From contig NZ_LN831039.1 in NCBI RefSeq assembly GCF_001457595.1, positions 2,370,001 through 2,402,000 on the forward strand: a DNA stretch of 32,000 nt, given 5' to 3'. The position numbers and the translations under genes are program-made. How positions within the stretch are numbered: position 1 is the first letter of the stretch; each line of letters opens with the position of its first letter. Positions 24,922 to 31,187 of the stretch are shown piece after piece. The stretch is from Mycolicibacterium smegmatis (GTDB taxonomy: Bacteria > Actinomycetota > Actinomycetes > Mycobacteriales > Mycobacteriaceae). The notes below the pieces were generated by a model that saw nothing but the letters and a program-made list of their open reading frames with translations, was not told where the DNA came from and did no database searches.

Positions 24922-26409
24922 ATGAGCACGATCGACCAACGCGCGGAAAAGCATTCCCGGCAGGGCGGAGCGGCCGACGTGCTGACGGCGCAGCGCCGCT
25001 CCTTTCTCGACGACGGGCCGCCCGATATCGCGCTGCGGCGCAACCGCATCGACCGCCTGCTCGCGATGGTGCTCGACAACGCGGAGGATTTCGTCACGGC
25101 GACCGCGTCCGACTACGGGACACGGTCACGGTCGGCGGCGTTCTTCGCCGAGATCCTCGGCATGATCTCGGTGATCGAGCACACCAGATCGAACCTGCCG
25201 CGGTGGATGCGCTCGACCCGGCTCATGCGCGCGGCGCGTCTGGCCGGGTTACGCGCCGAGGTGGTGCCCTCACCGGTCGGCGTGGTCGGCGTCATCGGTC
25301 CGTGGAATTTCCCGGTCCAGTTGACGGTGCTGCCCGCAGCCGCCGCGTTCGCGGCGGGCAACCGCGTGATGATCAAGATGTCGGAGGTCACCCCACGCAC
25401 GGCGGAGGCGATGGCCGATCTCGCACCGCGCTACTTCGACCAACGCGAACTCGCTGTCATCACCGGTGGCCCTGAGCTAGCCGCCGAGTTCTCCGCTCTG
25501 CCGTTCGATCACCTGTTCTTCACCGGATCACCCGCGATCGGCGCTGTGGTGGGCCGGGCGGCCGCCGCGAACCTCGTGCCGGTGACGCTCGAACTCGGCG
25601 GCAAGAACCCGGTGGTCGTCGCGCCGGGGGCCGATATCACCCGGGCCGCGACACGAATAGCCCAGGCGCGCATGGTCAACGGCGGGCAGGTGTGCGTCTG
25701 CCCCGACTACGTGTTCGTCCCGGACCGCCATGTCGACGAATTCGTCGAGGTGGCCCGCGGCACGCTGCGCCGGATGTTTCCCACCATCACCGACAATCCC
25801 GACTACTGCTCGTCGGTCAACCGGTCCAACTTCGACCGCGTCGTCGGGCTCATCGCAGACGCACGAGCTCGCGGCGCCCGGGTCGAGTCGATCGTGCCGG
25901 TCGGCGAGGTCCTTCCCGACCCGGTGACCCGCAAGATCCCGCCGACCATCATCCGCGATGTCGACGACCGGATGCGCATCAACGACGAGGAGGTCTTCGG
26001 CCCGGTGCTCGCGGTGCGCGGTTATTCGTCGCTCGCGTCCACGATCGACTACATCAACTCACGACCGTCACCCCTGGTGGCCTACTGGTTCGGTCCCGAT
26101 GACGCCGACTTCCGGCATTTCGTCGACCACACGCGCAGCGGTGGCGTGGCGCGCAATGACTTTGCCGCCCACATGATCCCGTCGTCCGCGCCGTTCGGGG
26201 GAGTGGGGCGCAGCGGCATGGGCGCCTATCACGGCAAGGCCGGGTTCGACGCGTTCAGCCACCACCGCACCGTAGTCGGAACCGATCTGCCGTTCAGCAT
26301 CACCGGGCGCGCGGCCCTGCCGTTCACCGGATCGATGCGGGTGAGCGCCGACCTGGCGCTGTGGCGCGCCCGCAGCCGAACCAAAAACCGGCTCAGGAAG
26401 TTTCGCTGA
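24922..26409 (+). CDS. Aldehyde dehydrogenase, class-3 / coniferyl-aldehyde-dehydrogenase-like
   Basis: ORF 24751..26409 trimmed to ATG 24922 (GGGAGG Shine-Dalgarno 8 nt upstream). The 57-codon extension has A/T-rich third positions. GPWNFPVQL, FFTGSPAIG, LELGGKNPVVVAP, NGGQVCVCPDYVFV. Confidence 0.9.
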   Translation: MSTIDQRAEKHSRQGGAADVLTAQRRSFLDDGPPDIALRRNRIDRLLAMVLDNAEDFVTATASDYGTRSRSAAFFAEILGMISVIEHTRSNLPRWMRSTRLMRAARLAGLRAEVVPSPVGVVGVIGPWNFPVQLTVLPAAAAFAAGNRVMIKMSEVTPRTAEAMADLAPRYFDQRELAVITGGPELAAEFSALPFDHLFFTGSPAIGAVVGRAAAANLVPVTLELGGKNPVVVAPGADITRAATRIAQARMVNGGQVCVCPDYVFVPDRHVDEFVEVARGTLRRMFPTITDNPDYCSSVNRSNFDRVVGLIADARARGARVESIVPVGEVLPDPVTRKIPPTIIRDVDDRMRINDEEVFGPVLAVRGYSSLASTIDYINSRPSPLVAYWFGPDDADFRHFVDHTRSGGVARNDFAAHMIPSSAPFGGVGRSGMGAYHGKAGFDAFSHHRTVVGTDLPFSITGRAALPFTGSMRVSADLALWRARSRTKNRLRKFR

Positions 26410-28045
26410 GCGCCTGCTCGCGGGCCCACCGATAGTCGGCCTTGCCCGCCGGGCTGCGTTCGATGGCAGGTCGGAACACGACGGCCTTCGGCAGCTTGTA
26501 CCGTGCGATGGAACCGTCGGCGTGGCGGATCAACTCGTCGGCGTCGACCTGCGCGCCGTCGTCGACGGCGACCACGGCCACGACCTCCTGACCCCAGCGC
26601 TCGCTGGGCCTGCCCGCGACCACCACGTCACGCACCGCGGGATGCGACGCGATGGCCGCCTCGACCTCTTCGGCGAAGACCTTCTCGCCGCCGGAGTTGA
26701 TGGTCACCGAGTCGCGGCCGAGCAGTTCGATCATGCCGCCGTCGAGTTGGCGGGCACGGTCGCCGGGGATGGCGTAACGCACGCCGTCGATGACCGGGAA
26801 CGTGGCAGCGGTCTTGGCCGCGTCGCCCTTGTAGCCGAGCGGGACATACCCGCGCTGTGCGAGCCATCCGAGTCCGTCGTGTGCCTCGGGCAGCACACAG
26901 CTGAAATCCTCGGCCACCACGCAGGTGTCGGGACCGGCCTTGAACGTCCCGGTGGAGACCGCGCCGGGCGCGGACATGTGGCTCATCTGCGCACCGGTCT
27001 CCGACGAGCCGACGCCGTCGACCACGATCAGGTTGGGCTTGGAATCGATCAGCTGCTGTTTGACATGCGGGGTCAACTGCGCGCCGCCGTTGGCGATGAC
27101 GGAAAGTGAAGACACATCGACGGTGCCGTTCTGGATGCCGCTGCGGATCGCGTCGAGCAGCGGGCGGGCCATCGTGTCACCCACCACGGTGGCCACCAGC
27201 ACCTGCTCGCGTTCGATCGTGCGCACGACGTCCTCGGCGTCGAACCGGTCGGTCACATCGGGGAAGACCAGCGTCTGCCCGGTGGTCACCGCGGTCATCG
27301 CCGCCCACTGCGCGGCGCCGTGGATCAGGGGCGGCAGGATCATGAGCCTGGTGCCGGGGTTCTCGACGGCCCTGTCGACAATCTCGTCGACCGACGTCGC
27401 TGCCTCACCGGTCATCATGTTGCGTCCGCCGAATGCGGTCATGAAGATGTCGTGCTGGCGCCACAACACACCCTTGGGCATACCCGTGGTGCCGCCGGTG
27501 TACAGCACGTAGAGGTCATCGGGGCACGGCTGCACCGGCGGGGCGGCCGTCTCGAGATTCACGATCTGCTCGTAATCGACAGCGCCGTCGAGAAGTTCGT
27601 TGCCCGAACCGTCGGCGATCTGGATGAGCACCCGCAGCGTGGGAAGCTCGTCGCGGATCTCGGCGATGCGGGGCGCGAACGTCGCGTGGTACACCAGTGC
27701 GGTCGCCCCGGCGTCGGTCAGCAGGTAGTGCAGTTCGTTCTTGACGTAGCGGTAGTTGACGTTGAACGGTGCGACTCGCGCGCGGAACGATCCGAGCATC
27801 GACTCGACGTATTCGGGGCCGTTGTGGGCGTAGATGCCCAGCAGGTCCTGGCCCACCTCGTGGCCGGCCAGCCCGTCGCGCTCTGTGTGCACACCGAGAC
27901 CCTGCGAATGCAGATACGACGCAAGCCGATTCGACCGGTCCATGACCTGGCGGTAGGTGTGACGACGTTCGCCCTGGACGATCAACGGGCGGTCGGGAAT
28001 GGCGGCGGCGACGGCCTCGGCCACAGCGGGGACGGTGAACAGCAC
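26393..28045 (-). CDS. Acyl-CoA synthetase (AMP-dependent ligase, FadD-like)
   Basis: ORF 26393..28165 trimmed to GTG 28045 (GAGGAG Shine-Dalgarno 5 nt upstream). This start aligns with the N-terminus of paralogue 11503..13131. YVLYTGGTTGMPKGVLWRQHDIF, GSSETG, SPAGKADYRWA. Confidence 0.9.
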   Translation of the reverse strand: MLFTVPAVAEAVAAAIPDRPLIVQGERRHTYRQVMDRSNRLASYLHSQGLGVHTERDGLAGHEVGQDLLGIYAHNGPEYVESMLGSFRARVAPFNVNYRYVKNELHYLLTDAGATALVYHATFAPRIAEIRDELPTLRVLIQIADGSGNELLDGAVDYEQIVNLETAAPPVQPCPDDLYVLYTGGTTGMPKGVLWRQHDIFMTAFGGRNMMTGEAATSVDEIVDRAVENPGTRLMILPPLIHGAAQWAAMTAVTTGQTLVFPDVTDRFDAEDVVRTIEREQVLVATVVGDTMARPLLDAIRSGIQNGTVDVSSLSVIANGGAQLTPHVKQQLIDSKPNLIVVDGVGSSETGAQMSHMSAPGAVSTGTFKAGPDTCVVAEDFSCVLPEAHDGLGWLAQRGYVPLGYKGDAAKTAATFPVIDGVRYAIPGDRARQLDGGMIELLGRDSVTINSGGEKVFAEEVEAAIASHPAVRDVVVAGRPSERWGQEVVAVVAVDDGAQVDADELIRHADGSIARYKLPKAVVFRPAIERSPAGKADYRWAREQALSETS

Positions 28046-28064
28046 AGGGACTCCTCGGCGTCGG

Positions 28065-28682
28065 TCAAGGCTGCCAGATCTGCAGCAGTTGGTCGGTGGA
28101 GGTGACGGTGGCCAACAGCGACAGGGTGTTGTCGATGACGGCGTCGGCATAGTCGGTCGGCACACCCGCGACCGCGTCGCGCGGCAGCACCACGTGATAG
28201 CCCGCGTTGACCGCGTCCATCACCAGGTTGGTGATCGCCACGTTGACCGAGACCCCGACCGCGACGATCGTGGTCACGCCGAGGTTGCGCAAGACTGCGT
28301 CGAGGTCGGTACCGCCCATCGGTCCCAGGCCGTGCCATCGCGTGAGCACGAGATCCCCTGCCTCGGGCCCCAGTTCGGGCAGCAGCGCGGCACCGGGGGT
28401 GCCAGGTGCGATCGCGACGTCGTTGCGGCCGATTGCGAAGATCTTCGCGTTGCGGTTGGAGCCCAGGCCGTCCGGCCTGCGCTGGACCAGGCAGTGCACC
28501 ACGTGCACAGAGGCCGCGCGGGCGGCGGGCAACAGCCGCTTGATGTTCGGTAGGGCGACACGCTGCGCCTCGTCGGCGAGTGCCCGCAGACCGGCGTCGG
28601 GACCGATGACCGCACCCTGGCACTCCTGGGTGACCACCGCGGTGCGGCCGGGTGTCACCAACTCGCGCACATCGATCCTCAT
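28065..28682 (-). CDS. Isochorismatase-fold (cysteine-hydrolase superfamily) protein lacking the nucleophile Cys
   Basis: ORF 28065..28913 trimmed to ATG 28682, which overlaps the Rieske stop as ATGA. MRIDVRELVTPGRTAVVTQECQGAVIG..., GVTTIVAVGVSVNVAITNLVMDAVNAGYHVVLPRDAV. Confidence 0.8.
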   Translation of the reverse strand: MRIDVRELVTPGRTAVVTQECQGAVIGPDAGLRALADEAQRVALPNIKRLLPAARAASVHVVHCLVQRRPDGLGSNRNAKIFAIGRNDVAIAPGTPGAALLPELGPEAGDLVLTRWHGLGPMGGTDLDAVLRNLGVTTIVAVGVSVNVAITNLVMDAVNAGYHVVLPRDAVAGVPTDYADAVIDNTLSLLATVTSTDQLLQIWQP

Positions 28683-29695
28683 CCGCGGGGCAGCGCCGTC
28701 TCGACGGGAGGTACCTCGTAGAACTGCGTGGCCCATTTGCGCATGGCCATATAGGGTTTGGCGTCGATCTTGGCGAGCGCCGGATGCTCGACGTACTTCT
28801 GGTAGCGCCAGATGTCGCAGTCCTCCCACACGGTTTTGAGGAACTGCTTCTCGACCTTGGCCCGGACGTGTTCGGGCGGGATGTCGGAGGCACCACCGGG
28901 TTCTTTGGGCCACCAGATCGAATAGAACATGTCCGACACCTCATCGTCGACGGGGGTGCACGCGAAGATCAGGCGGTGGTTGGAGGAGCCCTCGAACGCG
29001 CTCATGGAGAAACCCAACCCGGAGAAGTGGCTGTGGATGCGCAGGGCCATCTTGTTCGGGTCGTCGCTGCGGGCGTCGGGCCACCCGGTCAGGAAGCGCC
29101 ACTCCTCGTCCACGTGTTCCCAGTGCAGGCACACCGGGGTGACCGTCGCGCCGTGCACGTAGCGGAAATGCGAGCTGTCCGGCCCGTTCTCGGCCACGAT
29201 CTGCGGATGCACCGGGATGGCGTCGGCCCGGCTGGAGAACTCCGGGTAGGGCCGGTAGTAGGCGTTCGGGTCGGTGTTGAACTGCGGGAACTTGTGAAAG
29301 ATGTCGGGCAGTTCCCACTGCGGCTCTTTGCCGTGCGGCTGGTACCACATGAAGATGCAGCCGTACTGCTCCTGAACGGGGTATGACCGCAAGCGCAGGC
29401 CCCGGTTCGGCTTGTCCGGCTGATAGGGGATGTAGGTGTTGGTGCCCTCGGGGCCCCACCGCCAGCCGTGGAACGGGCACTCGATGCACTCACCGACGAC
29501 CTTGCCTCCGTGACCGATGTGCGCGCCCAGGTGCTTGCAGTGCGCCTCCAGCACGTGCAGATGCCCGGACTCGTCGCGGTAGGCCGCGAGATCCTCGCCG
29601 AAGTACTTGAGTGCCTTGACCTCACCGACCGGGTATTCCGCCGACCACCCGATCATGAACCATCCGGTGACCTTCCAGGTGAACGGCACCTTCAT
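28679..29695 (-). CDS. Rieske [2Fe-2S] non-heme-iron oxygenase, KshA-like (3-ketosteroid 9-alpha-hydroxylase oxygenase family)
   Basis: ORF 28679..29794 trimmed to ATG 29695 (AGGAGG Shine-Dalgarno). The Rieske motif is CKHLGAHIGHGG...CPFHGWRWGPEG. The mononuclear iron motif is ENGPDSSHFRYVH (E-x3-D-x2-H-x4-H). The C-terminal DCDIWRYQKY...MRKWATQFY resembles the KshA tail. Confidence 0.88.
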   Translation of the reverse strand: MKVPFTWKVTGWFMIGWSAEYPVGEVKALKYFGEDLAAYRDESGHLHVLEAHCKHLGAHIGHGGKVVGECIECPFHGWRWGPEGTNTYIPYQPDKPNRGLRLRSYPVQEQYGCIFMWYQPHGKEPQWELPDIFHKFPQFNTDPNAYYRPYPEFSSRADAIPVHPQIVAENGPDSSHFRYVHGATVTPVCLHWEHVDEEWRFLTGWPDARSDDPNKMALRIHSHFSGLGFSMSAFEGSSNHRLIFACTPVDDEVSDMFYSIWWPKEPGGASDIPPEHVRAKVEKQFLKTVWEDCDIWRYQKYVEHPALAKIDAKPYMAMRKWATQFYEVPPVETALPRG

Positions 29696-29724
29696 GATCA
29701 CTGCCTCCTGCGACTCCCGGCACT

Positions 29725-29743
29725 TACGGAAGAAGTTACAGTA
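29725..29743. promoter_or_regulatory. Candidate TetR operator upstream of the Rieske operon
   Basis: TACGGAAG-AAG-TTACAGTA (13/16). It is also part of three direct TTACNG hexamers at 29724, 29736 and 29748 (12-bp spacing), 30 nt upstream of ATG 29695. Confidence 0.5.
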
Positions 29744-29776
29744 GCGATTACCGCACCGGGAAGGGTTGTGCCTTTT

Positions 29777-29843
29777 CACCGCGAGCAGACGCAAAGCTGT
29801 CGGTTTCTGGGCGCGAACCCGCAGGTATGCGGTCTGCTCGGTG
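29777..29843. repeat. REP-like palindromic intergenic element, copy 3
   Basis: The arms are CACCGCGAGCAGACGCA (29777..29793) and TGCGGTCTGCTCGGTG (29828..29843), imperfect with one-base indels. It sits between the two operator-like sites of the Rieske/SnoaL divergent region. Confidence 0.7.
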
Positions 29844-29891
29844 AGGAAAGTTAGGGGTGGCGATGTTCCGTACGCGAGGAGAAGCGGGCCG

Positions 29892-29910
29892 TACGGTATA
29901 CATTTCGGTA
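29892..29910. promoter_or_regulatory. Candidate TetR operator upstream of the SnoaL-like gene
   Basis: TACGGTAT-ACA-TTTCGGTA (13/16 to the reverse-complement form TACYGTAA-N3-TTACRGTA). It lies 17 nt upstream of ATG 29927 and abuts its Shine-Dalgarno. Confidence 0.5.
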
Positions 29911-29926
29911 ACCGGAAGAGGAGACC

Positions 29927-30373
29927 ATGTCTGACGATCTCGAGGCCATCAAACGGCTCAAGGCACGGTACTGCCGACTGTTGGACACCAAGGACATCGA
30001 GGCGTGGCGCACATTGTTCGCCGACGACGTCGTCGTCACCCTGGACATGGCGGTGTCGACAGGAGGCGCCGATCCCCAGACCGCACCGCCCCTACATGGG
30101 TTCGACGAATTCCTCCCGGTGGTGTGGGGTGGCGTCGAGCATGCGGCGACGGTGCACCACTGCCACACCCCGGAGATCGACCTCACCTCCGGTACGACGG
30201 CATCGGGCATCTGGGCGATGGAGGACATGCTGTTCTTCCCCGACGGCAGCGAGTTACACGGCGCGGGCCACTACCACGAGACCTACGAAAAACGTGACAG
30301 CACATGGGTGATCACCAGCCTGCACCTGACCCGGACGCTCCTGAAGTTCAAAGCTGCCCAGCGCGACACCTGA
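29927..30373 (+). CDS. SnoaL-like / NTF2-fold protein
   Basis: ATG 29927 with GGAAGAGGAG Shine-Dalgarno. MSDDLEAIKRLKARYCRLLDTKDIEAWRTLFADDVV... and ...GHYHETYEKRDSTWVITSLHL are typical of SnoaL_4-type small alpha+beta barrel proteins. Confidence 0.75.
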   Translation: MSDDLEAIKRLKARYCRLLDTKDIEAWRTLFADDVVVTLDMAVSTGGADPQTAPPLHGFDEFLPVVWGGVEHAATVHHCHTPEIDLTSGTTASGIWAMEDMLFFPDGSELHGAGHYHETYEKRDSTWVITSLHLTRTLLKFKAAQRDT

Positions 30374-30375
30374 AA

Positions 30376-31038
30376 TCAGCTGAGAAATACCGGAACCCGC
30401 GCATCACTCGTGACAAGGTCCGCCTCTTCCGCAGGTGTCGGCGGCCGGCGTCCGGTGCCGACCAGAAGCGCGTCGGCATCAGGCCACGAGGCGGGAAGTG
30501 GTGAGCCCGCTATCGATTCCAACAGCTTTCGGGAGAAGGCCAGCCCTTCGGCCGGCGGCGGCGCCGTGTCGGGAAGGTGCGCGATCAGGTCGAGATGGTG
30601 CAGCGTCCACTCGAGCACGTAGGCGCCGAGATAGTCGCGGACCGTCAGCACCTGACCTCGAGTGCCGACCCGCGCCTCGGGGTCGGCGAGTGCGGCGGCC
30701 CGTCCGGCTGCCGAGCCGACGTCGTCGAGATGGAACTTCAGCAACGACGGGTCACCGTAGGCCGCCGCGAGCCGCACGGTCAGCGCGCTGAGTGGGTCCA
30801 CCGGGTCGTCGGGGGGCAGTGCCTCGGCGACCTCCCAATAGGTCACGGCATTCCGCGTGGGCGGCGAGTCGTCGGGCGTGGCGAGGGTGATGAGGACGTC
30901 CTGAGCGTCGATGATCAGGTGGCACACCAGGTCACGGATCAGCCAGCCTGCACAGCCGGACGGCCTGTCGAACTGTTGATCGTCGAGGCCGGCGACAGCC
31001 GCACGCAGCGCCGCCCAACAACCGCCGAACCGATCCAC
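30376..31038 (-). CDS. DinB-like / mycothiol-dependent maleylpyruvate isomerase N-terminal domain family protein
   Basis: GTG 31038. WAALRAAVAGLDDQQFDRPSGCAGWLIRDLVCHL is the usual N-terminal signature of actinobacterial MDMPI_N/DinB proteins. It is convergent with 29927..30373 (2-nt gap). Confidence 0.7.
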   Translation of the reverse strand: MDRFGGCWAALRAAVAGLDDQQFDRPSGCAGWLIRDLVCHLIIDAQDVLITLATPDDSPPTRNAVTYWEVAEALPPDDPVDPLSALTVRLAAAYGDPSLLKFHLDDVGSAAGRAAALADPEARVGTRGQVLTVRDYLGAYVLEWTLHHLDLIAHLPDTAPPPAEGLAFSRKLLESIAGSPLPASWPDADALLVGTGRRPPTPAEEADLVTSDARVPVFLS

Positions 31039-31130
31039 ACTCCGAACGTAGCAGCGGGTCCATGGTGTACTCCATCGTCACGCTGCCCACGCGTGCCCGG
31101 AACCGATGTTTTCACCGATTCAGCCAGTCG

Positions 31131-31149
31131 TACTGTAAACGCTACCGTA
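31131..31149. promoter_or_regulatory. Candidate TetR operator
   Basis: TACTGTAA-ACG-CTACCGTA (14/16). It lies in the divergent region between the DinB-like gene (start 31038) and the epimerase gene (start 31188). Confidence 0.55.
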
Positions 31150-31187
31150 GCATCCGTTGCTGACCGGCCCGAGCGGATGGAGCAGCA

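Noticed and set aside
4233-31149. The possibility that the recurrent palindrome is the known KstR or KstR2 steroid-regulon operator.
   Set aside because: As I recall them, KstR boxes are TnnAACnnGTTnnA and KstR2 boxes AnCAAGnnCTTGnT. The TACYGTAA-N3-TTACRGTA sites do not fit either, and I found no such box by eye. This rests on memory and should be rechecked with PWMs.
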